A DNA stretch of 64,000 bases, taken from assembly GCA_965218695.1 (NCBI GenBank), contig OZ244651.1, positions 2,208,001 to 2,272,000 of the forward strand, given 5' to 3'. This DNA is from Nitrosopumilus sp. (GTDB lineage Archaea > Thermoproteota > Nitrososphaeria > Nitrososphaerales > Nitrosopumilaceae). The notes beneath the pieces were generated by a model, which was not told the DNA's origin, did not search any database, and saw only the letters and a program-made list of their open reading frames with translations. Shown piece by piece: positions 20,027 through 30,666 of the stretch (position 1 is its first letter; the number at the start of each line of letters is the position of its first letter). A program made the translations under genes and the position numbers.

Positions 20027-22177
20027 GTAAGAGGTCGCCTTTGCGAAGCGATTCCGTGCCTGATCTGCCCCGATTAATTACCAACTGAGCTACGTTTTCG
20101 GCCGTAAATGCCCATTTAATTGGCATTATTTCAGGTTTTTTCCGGGAGGGTCAGACTGAGCTACGTTTTGGCCGATCCGGTGATCGGGTTTGCGAAGTGG
20201 CCTTTTTTGAAGCGGCCGGGCGGTGAATTGTGCCGGGATCAGGCGAGGTTATGCCAGGCTGCCGGCGCGACGGGTCTGCATGGAACAGTCAGGGAGTGGA
20301 TTTTGCAGGATTTATGCAGTTGCTGCTGCTCCTGTCGGAATTTTTTCGACAAGACCGTGCATATAGTCAACCAAAAAGTCATGCGGGTTGACTCCGCGCC
20401 TCCTGCACGTCTCGCGGACGGTGGCCAGGACGGCGTGGTTGTATGCGCCGGCAAGGCTCTTGCTGCCGCCTGAGACCTTCCGGGATGCGACGCTGGGCCG
20501 CAGGGGGCGCTCGGCATCGTTGTTATGGCACTTTGTGTTGAGGCGGATGAATGGGAACAGGTGGGTGATCTCGCGCCGCAGCCGCTTGACAAACCGCTTG
20601 CAGTGGGCGTCTGTATACTCGCCGGAGATCAGGCGCCTCACCCTGGCCAATAGGTTGCGCACCTTGAGGTTTCGCGTGGCCTCGTCGTCGTCCGGGTCGA
20701 GTCCCTTCTCCGGGAACCAGGAATCGGTGATTATCCCCTTCAGGGCCTTGGCGAACTTTTTGAATTCGGGCCCGGGGTTCTTCATGGTCAGGGTGCGGAG
20801 GATCTCGCGGAGGTAGTGGTAGTGGCACTTTTGGTGGGTCCTGCCGATGCGGTTCCACGCAGCGTGTGAATCAGAGGTGACGTGGCCGCCGTACCCTCCA
20901 AGCAGGGTCTCCAGCACGTCTCCTCCCCGGCTCTTGTCCACGTAAAAGACAGTCGAGTTGTCACCGACTAGTATCCACAGCCAGTACAGTATCCCGGCTA
21001 CCCTCCAGCTGGTCTCGTCGCCAAAGACATGCCCTGAGAAGAATATATCCTCGAGCATCTCCTCGTAGAGCGGGTGGAGGGATCCCGTAACGGCATCCAC
21101 GTGGCTGATGACTGTCGACTTGGCAAGGCCTGCGTGGTAGATTATGTTGATCAGCTTGCGGATGGGTTCGTAGGGAATGTTGTACATCCTCATCGTCGTC
21201 TCAAGGCACGTCAGGCTGGCGCCGAACCGCCCCCCTGGGACGACCCCTGGGATCTCGGGGGCAAACTGCCTGCCGCATTCCCCGCAGTACCTGCGGACGA
21301 CGGTATACTGGATGCCGGTCAGCTTCCCGTCGATGATCTCCTCGACTACCCGGATGGTCACCTCGGTGGGCTCCTTCGAGAGGGCATGGCCGTGCGGGCA
21401 GGCGGGCATGTCGACTAGCTTTTTTTCGGATATCGGGGGAGGATCACGGCCGGTGCGCAGGCAGACGACCTTCCTGAACGGGTCCGGCGCAGGCCCTGGT
21501 GATTCCCGGAGCCGCTTCTGGGAGCGGCGGCTTTTGATGCCCAGATTCTCGGCTGCCAGCGCCGAGTTGGCCGCGCGCGCCTCCCTTAACTGAGAGGCAT
21601 GCTCTGATGCCTGCCGTTCCAGGCGGGCTATCCTGTCCATGACTGCCTGCGAGACGTCGCATCCCTGCAGGAGGGCGGCATTCTCTGCCCTCAGTTTCTC
21701 TATCTCGGAGTCCTTTTGCACATTCTCTTCTTCCAGCAGTTTGATCCTGGCATCCATCTCCGTCAGCATCGCATGTTCCCCTGAGAAGGCCTCTGCCTCC
21801 TCCTTCAGCTGCTCGATGTCTTTTCTCAGCGCCATGCTCTCCTCGTCCTTGGATTTGAGCATGTCCAAGACGGATTCGAAGAGGGACTTGGTGTCGGTTA
21901 CGGAGTTCCAGTCAATCTTTTCCAAGTCGATTACAGGCACCACGCCATAACACGGGAAGGCATGATCCATAAAGCTTTTGGGCACGCAGCGCCTGCCGGA
22001 AAATGCGGCGCAAAAGATCCAACCGGAAGAGCCTTGATCCGAAAACCGCTCTGCCTGCCTGAGGACCGTGTTGATAACGTGCAATTAATCGGGTATTTAT
22101 GGTCAAAAACGTAGCTCAGTTGGTAATTAATCGGAACAGATCAGGCACGGAATTGCTTCGCAAAGGCGACCTCTTAC
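20027..22177 (-). mobile_element. IS66-family element with ~100-bp TIRs and no TSD
   Basis: GTAAGAGGTCGCCTTTGCGAAGC.. at 20027 and its inverse ending at 22177; flanks do not match. Confidence 0.9.
20312..21970 (-). CDS. IS66 transposase with long N-terminal coiled coil (start uncertain)
   Basis: GDETSW, TSD, QKCHYH, NNDAERPLR. Confidence 0.9.
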   Translation of the reverse strand: MDHAFPCYGVVPVIDLEKIDWNSVTDTKSLFESVLDMLKSKDEESMALRKDIEQLKEEAEAFSGEHAMLTEMDARIKLLEEENVQKDSEIEKLRAENAALLQGCDVSQAVMDRIARLERQASEHASQLREARAANSALAAENLGIKSRRSQKRLRESPGPAPDPFRKVVCLRTGRDPPPISEKKLVDMPACPHGHALSKEPTEVTIRVVEEIIDGKLTGIQYTVVRRYCGECGRQFAPEIPGVVPGGRFGASLTCLETTMRMYNIPYEPIRKLINIIYHAGLAKSTVISHVDAVTGSLHPLYEEMLEDIFFSGHVFGDETSWRVAGILYWLWILVGDNSTVFYVDKSRGGDVLETLLGGYGGHVTSDSHAAWNRIGRTHQKCHYHYLREILRTLTMKNPGPEFKKFAKALKGIITDSWFPEKGLDPDDDEATRNLKVRNLLARVRRLISGEYTDAHCKRFVKRLRREITHLFPFIRLNTKCHNNDAERPLRPSVASRKVSGGSKSLAGAYNHAVLATVRETCRRRGVNPHDFLVDYMHGLVEKIPTGAAATA

Positions 22178-22605
22178 CATTTTGGTCATCATGTCCACTC
22201 AGAATCAAAGCGTAACGATCAGGCGGAACCTGTCTTCCGCTAGAATCAGTCTGGTCCCACACAATCTCAACGAACCCGTTTTGCTCGATTGTCTGAGGCT
22301 CCGTAAGCGTAATGGCGACATCCCCGGTATTGGTATTTTTTATCCTTACAGAGTCGACTGCGATGTCAGCGTCGCCGATATTGGATATTCTGAAGGGTAT
22401 CTGCTCGTCTGACAGATACTCTGTTCTCGGATATTCCGAATCATCAATCCAGATCCGATCGTTTTGGTGTGGTTTTACATGTTCAATTACGTTTACGGTG
22501 ACTGATCGTGACTCATCCACCGCAGATAAAACTCCGGTTCCGGAATTTATGGAAATGCGCGAAATAAAGCTGCAGTCATCCATTATGTCAAATTCAAGCG
22601 TGCTA

Positions 22606-23707
22606 TAGTGAAAAGCAAAAATTCGTTCCAAGTTCAGCACCTCAGACCGAAAACTATGTAGATCATCTGGTCGCCTAACGCGGCATGAGCAAAGTAACAC
22701 GGGAAGAACTCGAAGCAGCATACAAAAAAGAAAAAGACCTCAGGGTGGGAGTCAGAATGCTTGCAGTGCACATGGTATATTTTCGCAAAGTGAGCATAGA
22801 GGATGCAGCCGTCAATCTTTTGCGATGCCCTCGATGGGTGCGCAACTGGCTGGAACGCTTCGAGAAGGGAGGCCTTGAAGGCCTCCTGGATCTTCCCAGA
22901 TCCGGCAGGCCGCCCAAGATTTCGCCGGAAACAATGGACGGCATACTGGACAAGGTAGACAGGTTCAAGACCACTCCTGCCGAACTGCAACAGGTCATAC
23001 ACAAGGAAACGGGAACAAGGATGCACAGGACGAATGTCAGGAAAATCATGCAAAAATACGGCCTGTCTCCCAAGGGGTCGCAAAGGATCCACATTAACAG
23101 GGCCACCAAAACGGCCGTAAAAAGTTGGCAATATCGCCTCAAAAAGAGAATTTCACGCCTAGAAAAGGACGGTTTTGTCCTGGCCGTGCAAGACGAGGCG
23201 TTCTTCATACACGACGTAAAATCGGGTCGCAAGTATTGGTCGCCTGTGGGGGTGCCAATAACCGTACCATATACTGGAAGCCACAAAAGAATTGCCGTGT
23301 ACGGTTCAATCACGACGGACGGCAGGCAGTTCTTCAGGACTGCCAGCGGGTTTAATGCGCCCACATTTGTTGCCTATCTCAAGGCCATGCAGAGGCATTT
23401 TGGGAAGGTGGCCGTCATGGTGGACAGGGCGTCCCCGCACCGCGCAAAAGCCGTCCGGACGCTGCTGCGCAAGAACAAGAACATCAGGATCATATACCTG
23501 CCAAAAGGCTCACCGCATCTCAACGCCGTGGAAGAATGCTGGCACCAGGGAAAACGGAACCTGCTTGTCTCAGAATACTACAAAACCTTCTTGGACATGC
23601 ACAGGGCCATCTCCCAGTATTATCGAACTGCGAGATTCAATCTGGATTTGATCAAATTCTTTAACAGAAAAGCCGAATTATTTTGCAAGAACTTTTGATC
23701 GCCACTA
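22606..23707 (+). mobile_element. IS630-family element
   Basis: Ends TAGTG..CACTA; TA duplication in a CTAG target. Confidence 0.93.
22685..23698 (+). CDS. IS630 transposase (intact)
   Basis: PRSGRP, QDEA, DRASPH, SPHLNAVE. Confidence 0.95.
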   Translation: MSKVTREELEAAYKKEKDLRVGVRMLAVHMVYFRKVSIEDAAVNLLRCPRWVRNWLERFEKGGLEGLLDLPRSGRPPKISPETMDGILDKVDRFKTTPAELQQVIHKETGTRMHRTNVRKIMQKYGLSPKGSQRIHINRATKTAVKSWQYRLKKRISRLEKDGFVLAVQDEAFFIHDVKSGRKYWSPVGVPITVPYTGSHKRIAVYGSITTDGRQFFRTASGFNAPTFVAYLKAMQRHFGKVAVMVDRASPHRAKAVRTLLRKNKNIRIIYLPKGSPHLNAVEECWHQGKRNLLVSEYYKTFLDMHRAISQYYRTARFNLDLIKFFNRKAELFCKNF

Positions 23708-25378
23708 TAGTATCAATTACGGTTACTGAGCCACCCCCGTTTGGAACATACAGTTTGCCACGTACGTGATCAAAATCCATATCGAATCCTGGGCGATGCA
23801 GATTTATTGTGTCCGTCTGGTAATCTATTCCATCAATTATCAGCAGTGTTCCGGCAAAACGGCTTAGGAGGTAGACTTCATTGTCATTCTCGTTGATCTG
23901 GATCTTGTCTGCCCAATTGTCAACGGGTATTTCCGCCTCAGCAGAGTTTGTGTGCCCGTCTACCACATACAATGCGCCATTTAATACGTAGATTTTGTTG
24001 GTCGCCGAATTTACCTCAATGTCTTGGGTTCCAGAGTATCCATACTCGCCCAAATGAAGCTTCGTAATGACATCCTCCGTATCAAGATCAATCACGTACA
24101 GGTTATCTTCACCTGTCAGGGCATACAAAGTATTGGTCTTCGGATTTACAGCAGTTGATCTGACATATTCGCCCTCGCCTGATTTGTCGTAATATTCTAT
24201 TGTTGAAATAATCGAATGGCTTTCCCCATCCAGCACCAGGATCCTGCCATGATCCTTTCCACTTACTCGTCCATTGTCAGCCATATAGATCAGGTTTGTT
24301 TCAGGATTTATGGCAATATCCGATATTCTTACGCTGGATCTTGGGCCGTATAGAGCCAGATTCTCTTTTGTTTCGCCAGAATTTCCATATATGGTTGGGA
24401 CTATTGTCGTGTAATGCTCATAGACGTAAACAAGATCGGTGGCGGGATTTGTGATTATTTTCCAGTCGTTATGAGATTCCTCCACCATAAAATCATTTTT
24501 TACGTTTCTTATTATCGAGTTTGATTCAACATCAAACATGGCTATACGGTCATACCGGCCATCCAAATCTTTGCCACACGCGTCTCTTTGTACAACATTG
24601 TTTGGTTTATCAGAAACATACGAATAGCTTTCAGTCAGCGTCACGAATATTTTTCCATCTATGAATGCGCCACTTGTAGCAATAATCTGCCAAATACCGG
24701 GCTCTGTTGGCTTGATTGTTACCGTTGTCTGGGGAGGAAATCCAACATCCCTAACAACAGAAAAGAAACGATAATCATCGGAAATTTGTCCACGCATTCC
24801 ATAATAGGGTCTGCCGTCAGAAAAATCATCATCAACAATTTCAAAGCCCTTTGGCAAAATGATTGTAAATTCTGTTGACCATGTTTTTTCATCAGAAGCC
24901 TGTGTCCAATTTTCATCATAATTATCAGGTGTGGGAGAGATGATAAGATCAAACTCCTGGCCCAGTACCGGAAGCTCAGATATCTCTATTTGCGTAAATC
25001 CCGGAGGAGGAGAAGGCGACGTAGCAAAGGCGTCATGGGATGCAATTGAGATCATGATGATTACAAAAATGACCAGAAAAATTTTAAATTAATTCAAAAA
25101 TGAAATCTCTCCAGTACCAACAGCGTATTTTGGGATCGAGTGGTTATAAGTACACGGTTGGGGCGGTTCTCAGGAGACGGCATATTAGATGATCAGATTG
25201 ATAGTCCCATAATAGAAGCCATGCGTAATCCCTCCATTTCGTTGGGTTAAACCAGAAAAACCCAGAAAATATTAAAAATTCTGATTTAATTCTCGCCATG
25301 TTAGCCATGTGGGGATCCTGTCCTGCCAGAAATACAAAATAACGTGCGCAACCTTGCAGCACCACGATGTGCACGGAA

Positions 25379-26692
25379 TTAATTGTTTGAAACGGCGCTG
25401 CCGGGGACGTTTGCCTCTTCCCAGTTTATTACCGGCCCCAGCGTGCTACCTGAAGGAGGTCCTTTCTTCATCTGGTTCCACAGGAGGTCCAGGTTTACGA
25501 GTCCGGTTATTATGTTAAATTCCCTGTTAAAGTCGCCAATCTTTCCCTTGTATGGCGCGGTAAGCCGGCCGTACCGCTTCAGCCTGCCGATGGAGTGCTC
25601 CACCTTTACCCTGGCCGAGTTGACGGCGTGGTTGTGCTCCTTTTCCTCCTTTGTAAAGCGCTTGTGGTTCTTGGTCTTCTTGTGCGGCTGCAGGGTGTTT
25701 GTGCCGGGCAGATCCTTTGCGATTCCCTTGTAGCCGCGGTCAGTAAGGGTGTGGATCCTGTCCTCTTCGGGGGTGTCCTCGTCGCACATGCGGTCCCACC
25801 ATTTTCCAAACGGCAGCGGGCTCTCCCTGAGCAGCGTGATGTCGTGGACGGATCCCACGGTGCTGCCGGATATGGCGACTATCACCCCGTTTTCATTTAT
25901 GCAGACTGTGGTGTTGAGCGTGAATTTCTTCTTCTTGCCCGAATACATCATGCTCCTCATCTGTTTTTCGTCCGGCCTCTGTATGGGGCAGTGCGTGCCG
26001 TCGATCATCATGATGCCCCCGTCAGGCCCGGAAATTATTTTTTTGAGATCCTCTTTTGTCTCCGTGCCTGCTATCTCCTTTGATATGTTGGCAGCAGTGG
26101 GCAGCGCCGCCTCGAGTACCGCGTCCATGACGTCGATGTACCTGGACACGGTCGCCTGGTCTATTCCAAAGAATGCCGCAAGCGCGCCCTGCGTGGGGTT
26201 GCCCTTTTTGTACATCAGTGACATGAGTAGCGCGTGCCTTGGGTACAGCTTGCAGCGGTTCCCGGGATCCGACGCCCTCGTCTCGTCGTTCCTGAAGAGC
26301 GGGGATTTGCCGCTTTGTCTTATCCATGCCTCGGCCCTGTCAAGTATGTACTGGAATTGCCCCCTGCCCTTCAGCGTCGCGTCATGAAGCTTCTTCCCGA
26401 CGCCGATGACGTCGTCAAACACCTCCACGCGGTGCAGCAGGGCGGGCTCCCCTGCGGCTCCGGACTCGGAGCCGTCCCGCGTGCTCCACAGGCTTTGCTC
26501 GTGCTTGGCGGCTGCCTCCAAGCGCTTGATGTCAGCGTCCTGGCGCTTGATGTCAGCGTCCTGGCGCTTGATGTCAGCGTCCTGGCGCTTGATCATGTAT
26601 CTGAGAGCCTTGTTCTCTTTTTGCAGGTCACTTGTTTCCTGATTCGACAACAGTATGAACCGGCATATTCTGGTTTTAATTGGATGGATCAT
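25379..26692 (-). CDS. IS5-family (ISL2/DDE_Tnp_4-like) transposase; element ends unclear (~25.1-26.8 kb)
   Basis: FGIDQATVSR HTH, IDGTH, YSGKKK, HD, DRGY, RVKVEHSIGRLK; 21-bp repeat QDADIKR x3. Confidence 0.88.
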   Translation of the reverse strand: MIHPIKTRICRFILLSNQETSDLQKENKALRYMIKRQDADIKRQDADIKRQDADIKRLEAAAKHEQSLWSTRDGSESGAAGEPALLHRVEVFDDVIGVGKKLHDATLKGRGQFQYILDRAEAWIRQSGKSPLFRNDETRASDPGNRCKLYPRHALLMSLMYKKGNPTQGALAAFFGIDQATVSRYIDVMDAVLEAALPTAANISKEIAGTETKEDLKKIISGPDGGIMMIDGTHCPIQRPDEKQMRSMMYSGKKKKFTLNTTVCINENGVIVAISGSTVGSVHDITLLRESPLPFGKWWDRMCDEDTPEEDRIHTLTDRGYKGIAKDLPGTNTLQPHKKTKNHKRFTKEEKEHNHAVNSARVKVEHSIGRLKRYGRLTAPYKGKIGDFNREFNIITGLVNLDLLWNQMKKGPPSGSTLGPVINWEEANVPGSAVSNN

Positions 26693-27069
26693 AAATTTTT
26701 GACAGCAGGGCTAACATGTCAGCGCGGAGTTTGAAAAAGTTCCGGATTACGCATATTTTCTAATGCATTCCCCAACCAGGATCAGTTGTAACGCCATACG
26801 CTGGGATCAATACGGCAAAAAGGCTGCGGGTTTGGCCGGAACACACATGAGGACAAATGACCGATACTGATTCAAAATACCGCACGATGCCACCCGGCTC
26901 TTCAAAGCCACACCAGAACATGCTTCCGAGACATCGTGAGGAAATTTTGCATCAATCCCGTACTGAATTAATGTCATTTTGTACAAAAATCGCATCTGGA
27001 ACCCGTATGAGAATGGCGTTTTCAACACAAGATCAGTGCATAAACTAAACACTCAGCTGCCAGCTGCAT

Positions 27070-27324
27070 TTGCAGAAGAATCCGGTTGCCTTAAAAGCCT
27101 TAACTAAAGACACTAAACTAGATTTGGTCCACTCAGAGCACAACAGATCAAAGAAGAGCGGTGGGTTTGCCCTGATAATCCTAGGCGCGTTGCTGTTGTT
27201 TCTTGCGCCCAACATCTATCCCCAAATGCCCCAGTTTGGCACCGCCGCCTTGATTGGGGGAATGGTAGTAGGGGGAATCGGGTTCTATCTGAAATTTGTA
27301 AGGGGACGTTCAAGGAACAGATAA
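27070..27324 (+). CDS. Small two-TM membrane protein (start may be ~27124)
   Basis: Two hydrophobic helices with basic flanks. Confidence 0.7.
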   Translation: MQKNPVALKALTKDTKLDLVHSEHNRSKKSGGFALIILGALLLFLAPNIYPQMPQFGTAALIGGMVVGGIGFYLKFVRGRSRNR

Positions 27325-27345
27325 GGAAAGATTCATCAATTAGAA

Positions 27346-28683
27346 GTGACACAAAAGAGCGTGAGATTCTTTCCCAGAAAGGACAGCGCAGTCTCCAAGG
27401 ATAGTGACGAGTACATTGTAAAAGAAGAGCTTGAGGCACGCTCAGAGGCACTGCAGGCCGAGGTAGACAAGAGTCAAAGTGAACTGGACAGGATTCAAGA
27501 GGAACGCGAGGAGAGGCGTGCTGAACTGCAGGACATCACTCAAAAGGTTCAGGTAGTAAAGGAAGAGTATAACACGTCAGTCGGCACCCTGATGTCAATC
27601 AAGAAGGACCTGAATCAAAGCAGGATGGATCTTGATTCCATACACAGGGAACACAAGGAGGTCTCAACTAGGATCAGGAATTCTGAGGTCAGTGTGGAGA
27701 TTGGCATGAGTCTTTCCAAGGCAAGAGATTTGCTCCTCAATACAAGGAATGAGATTAGGAAGGCAACGCAGGAGCGCGAGAGGGTAAAGGAGCAGATGGA
27801 GCAGGAGAAGACTGTCCTGTCAGGAATCAAGGAGGAGACCAGGAAGGCAGCAGAGTGCGATGATGCAGGGGAGCAGAAGATTCTATCAGGAATCAAGGAG
27901 GAGACCAGGAAGGCAACGCAGGAGCGCGAGAGGATAAAGGAGCAGATGGAGCAGGAGAAGACTGTCCTGGCAGGAATCAAGGAGGAGACCAGGAAGGCAG
28001 CAGAGCGCGATGATGCAGGGGAGCAGAAGATTCTATCAGGAATCAAGGAGGAGACCAGGAAGGCAACGCAGGAGCGCGAGAGGGTAAAGGAGCAGATGGA
28101 GCAGGAGAAGACTGTCCTGTCAGGAATCAAGGAGGAGACCAGGAAGGCAGCAGAGCGCGATGATGCAGGGGAGCAGAAGATTCTATCAGGAATCAAGGAG
28201 GAGACCAGGAAGGCAACGCAGGAGCGCGAGAGGGTAAAGGAGCAGATGGAGCAGGAACGCAAAGCCCTGTCCACCGTAAAAAGGGAGCAGATGAAGGCAA
28301 AGGAGGAGCTGGAGGAGACCAACGCCATGCTGTATAACGCAAAGGAGGACATGGGTAAAAAGACAAAAGTCCAAGAGACAGGTCCCCTTACCATCAAGGA
28401 AAAGGAGTTTATTCATGGGAACAGTACTGATCAGAGAGGTTCTGCAGGGATAATTGAGGCGGCAAGTGCAGTAGTCAGCTCCCTGAAATCAAAACTCAAG
28501 GCAACACAGGACAAGATTGATTCGGTCCAGGCTCTTTTGGAGGAAGAAAGGGAGAAGCATAAAAAGACCAAGCAGAAACTGGAGTCATTCAGGAAGGGCG
28601 CAGTCAAGTCAGAACAGAAGTCAGAACAGAAGTCAGAACAGAAGTCAGAACAGAAGTCAGAACACGGCAAGGATGCATCCTAG
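27346..28683 (+). CDS. Long coiled-coil protein with 40-aa and SEQK repeats
   Basis: E/K/Q/R-rich heptads. Confidence 0.85.
   Translation: MTQKSVRFFPRKDSAVSKDSDEYIVKEELEARSEALQAEVDKSQSELDRIQEEREERRAELQDITQKVQVVKEEYNTSVGTLMSIKKDLNQSRMDLDSIHREHKEVSTRIRNSEVSVEIGMSLSKARDLLLNTRNEIRKATQERERVKEQMEQEKTVLSGIKEETRKAAECDDAGEQKILSGIKEETRKATQERERIKEQMEQEKTVLAGIKEETRKAAERDDAGEQKILSGIKEETRKATQERERVKEQMEQEKTVLSGIKEETRKAAERDDAGEQKILSGIKEETRKATQERERVKEQMEQERKALSTVKREQMKAKEELEETNAMLYNAKEDMGKKTKVQETGPLTIKEKEFIHGNSTDQRGSAGIIEAASAVVSSLKSKLKATQDKIDSVQALLEEEREKHKKTKQKLESFRKGAVKSEQKSEQKSEQKSEQKSEHGKDAS
27757..28257. repeat. 120-bp coding tandem repeat x~4
   Basis: Near-identical units (RKATQERERVKEQMEQEKTVLSGIKEETRKAAERDDAGEQKILSGIKEET-type). 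Confidence 0.93.
28606..28663. repeat. 12-bp tandem repeat AAGTCAGAACAG x~5
   Basis: Seen directly; encodes (KSEQ)n. Confidence 0.95.
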
Positions 28684-28689
28684 GAACGG

Positions 28690-29139
28690 TCACAGTTCCT
28701 TAAAATGCTTGATCCATTTTGATTTGATCTCCTGTTCTGAGAGGCCCATATGGTACAATGGGGAGAGAACCTGGGAGACCTGTGATACGTCCACCATGAT
28801 AATTGACCTAATCGGGCTTGTCACGCCACGATCCCGGTACCGGCTTATGACTGCCTTGCTGAGTGCATCGTCATCATCAAGGATTCTGGCCTGTCCCTGA
28901 AACAGGTAGCCTCTGCGTAAGATCGGATCAATTACGTTAATCTCAACATTGGGATTGCTCTGCAGGTTTTTGACTGTGTCAGGCGAGCAGATGTCTGCAA
29001 AGGCCAGAGTCTTTGAGTCCCAGTAGATTATCGTGCCCTTGGGGGAGACGTTGGGTCTCTGGTCGGGACTCACAGTTGCAACATATCCAAGATTCTGCAG
29101 ATCCAAAAAAGCGCTTATCTCACTAGTAATCATTGCCAT
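28690..29139 (-). CDS. Pyridoxamine 5'-phosphate oxidase-like flavin-binding protein
   Basis: YVATVS..PNVSPKG, TVKNLQSNPNV. Confidence 0.85.
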   Translation of the reverse strand: MAMITSEISAFLDLQNLGYVATVSPDQRPNVSPKGTIIYWDSKTLAFADICSPDTVKNLQSNPNVEINVIDPILRRGYLFQGQARILDDDDALSKAVISRYRDRGVTSPIRSIIMVDVSQVSQVLSPLYHMGLSEQEIKSKWIKHFKEL

Positions 29140-29156
29140 TCATGCACACCACATCA

Positions 29157-29255
29157 CTACCGCATGAGCTCTGTTAGGAACTGGGAGAGAAAGAAGAATC
29201 CGATTCCGCCTCCGATTATCGCAATCCAGGCTGCAATCTGTTTGGGTTTGGACAT
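29157..29255 (-). CDS. 32-aa single-TM micro-protein
   Basis: MSKPKQIAAWIAIIGGGIGFFFLSQFLTELMR; manual translation. Confidence 0.55.
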   Translation of the reverse strand: MSKPKQIAAWIAIIGGGIGFFFLSQFLTELMR

Positions 29256-29304
29256 TTGTGTGTGATGTTGCAGGCTCACTATTGAATCTAATTGAGAGGA
29301 ACAG

Positions 29305-29396
29305 GTACATACTCAGGTCCCCCTCAAACTCAGGCGTGAATATACGTAAAACAGTACATGTTTACGCCTAGACAATACCGGGACCTGAGTATGTAC
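29305..29396. mobile_element. 92-bp MITE, copy 1
   Basis: 17-bp TIR GTACATACTCAGGTCCC; 8-bp TSD AGGAACAG; near-identical copy at 52058. Confidence 0.95.
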
Positions 29397-29584
29397 AGGA
29401 ACAGCCAGGTTGGCAGTGTTTTGTATTGCAGTATGGCTTGTGACGCCGGATGGTAGGGAGTATCAAGTGTTTGTCGCAGGACGGATGCCCCAGTCAACAC
29501 GGGCTTGGTTTTCCATGGCGAGTTGCGGCAGGATGACGACGGTTCCATATTGGAGAGCCATGCATTCAGACAGTTATAATTAGG

Positions 29585-29740
29585 ATGATTGTGCTCTTGG
29601 CATCATTGGTAGGCATCCGGAGTGTTGGAAGGTTTTTTCTCTTTATAGCAGGAGGCATAGTGGCCATAGTGGTAGGCGCCTTTATGATCAGAGGCACCAT
29701 GCACATGTGGGACAAGCCAAAAGACGATGATAATGACTAA
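29585..29740 (+). CDS. 51-aa membrane micro-protein
   Basis: MIVLLASLVGIRSVGRFFLFIAGGIVAIVVGAFMIRGTMHMWDKPKDDDND; manual translation. Confidence 0.5.
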   Translation: MIVLLASLVGIRSVGRFFLFIAGGIVAIVVGAFMIRGTMHMWDKPKDDDND

Positions 29741-29769
29741 AAGGCATGTATGGTAAACCAGTATCGTAA

Positions 29770-30087
29770 TTGCTTGATGATTCATCCATAAGAAGATCGC
29801 TGGACATATACGTCAAGAGACGGATTCAGGAAATTCCAAGTGAGATCAGGCAGACATTTCCAGCCGTAAAGAAGATCTGGAAATGCAGAAGCGATCTGGA
29901 TTTTATCTACGGGTACTATGTGGGAAAGATTGAGGAAGGCTCGCTCCACTATCTGCTCAAGGCAACGCGCGCATCCGTCGGGGGCTACGTGGATACCTTT
30001 GAAATCAGGGGCGTCATAGAGACGCACAAAAAGGAGCTGCAGGATGCGATAAGGAACGCGTTAAATCAAACTAGAAATACCACGTGA
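29770..30087 (+). CDS. Hypothetical protein
   Basis: 105-aa ORF, TTG start. Confidence 0.7.
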   Translation: MLDDSSIRRSLDIYVKRRIQEIPSEIRQTFPAVKKIWKCRSDLDFIYGYYVGKIEEGSLHYLLKATRASVGGYVDTFEIRGVIETHKKELQDAIRNALNQTRNTT

Positions 30088-30100
30088 TGCCAGCATTTGT

Positions 30101-30274
30101 ATGGTAGGCCCGCAGGATGGAGGTTTTGGATTTGACCAGTCCAAAAAATACACAAGCGTAGACAATATTGATGAGATCTGTGTCCAATGTCAGGCAGGAC
30201 AGCATAAAAAATGCCTGAAGAAGGCAAAGCAGCAGAGTGTCTGCGAGTGCGAGCACTGCATGATTTTTGGTTAG
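30101..30274 (+). CDS. 57-aa Cys-rich putative zinc-binding protein
   Basis: ..ICVQCQAGQHKKC..VCECEHCMIFG; manual translation. Confidence 0.65.
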   Translation: MVGPQDGGFGFDQSKKYTSVDNIDEICVQCQAGQHKKCLKKAKQQSVCECEHCMIFG

Positions 30275-30555
30275 CAGTGTGCCAGGGATGTCATTGATTC
30301 TCAGACACTTGCCTGGGAACAGAATCACATGCAGGTATACACAGCCAAAATCCGTTGCATTTTTCCGTATTTTTTTTGGTGCTCGGCAGATCTTTTCTGA
30401 TTTGGCTCCCGTCTGATTCTTTTCAGGATTATGGCAACGTGCAGAGCCACACATGGGGGCACCATCCCGGCAAATGTCAGTGCGATGAACCTTGGGGGGT
30501 GATTTCAACACATGACGCCGAGAATTTTAATACCATTCAATGATATTGATGCATA

Positions 30556-30666
30556 ATGTCAAACGAGTACAAGTTTGAGTGTGAATTCTGTGGAAAGGAT
30601 TTTGGTGCGGAGGTTGTGGAGCTGGCGCTGCATATTGGCAGGATGCACGACAGGCCAAGAGACTAG
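30556..30666 (+). CDS. 36-aa C2H2 zinc-finger micro-protein
   Basis: MSNEYKFECEFCGKDFGAEVVELALHIGRMHDRPRD; F-x-CxxC..F..L..H...H pattern. Confidence 0.7.
   Translation: MSNEYKFECEFCGKDFGAEVVELALHIGRMHDRPRD

Larger units (their letters stand above)
22178..25055 (-). pseudogene. Secreted YVTN/YncE-type beta-propeller surface protein, split by IS630 and truncated by IS66
   Basis: Repeated (V/I)NP.TN..YV motifs; removing 22606-23707 plus one TA restores VTVIDTSTLEFDIM in frame with the 22178-22605 fragment. Confidence 0.85.
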
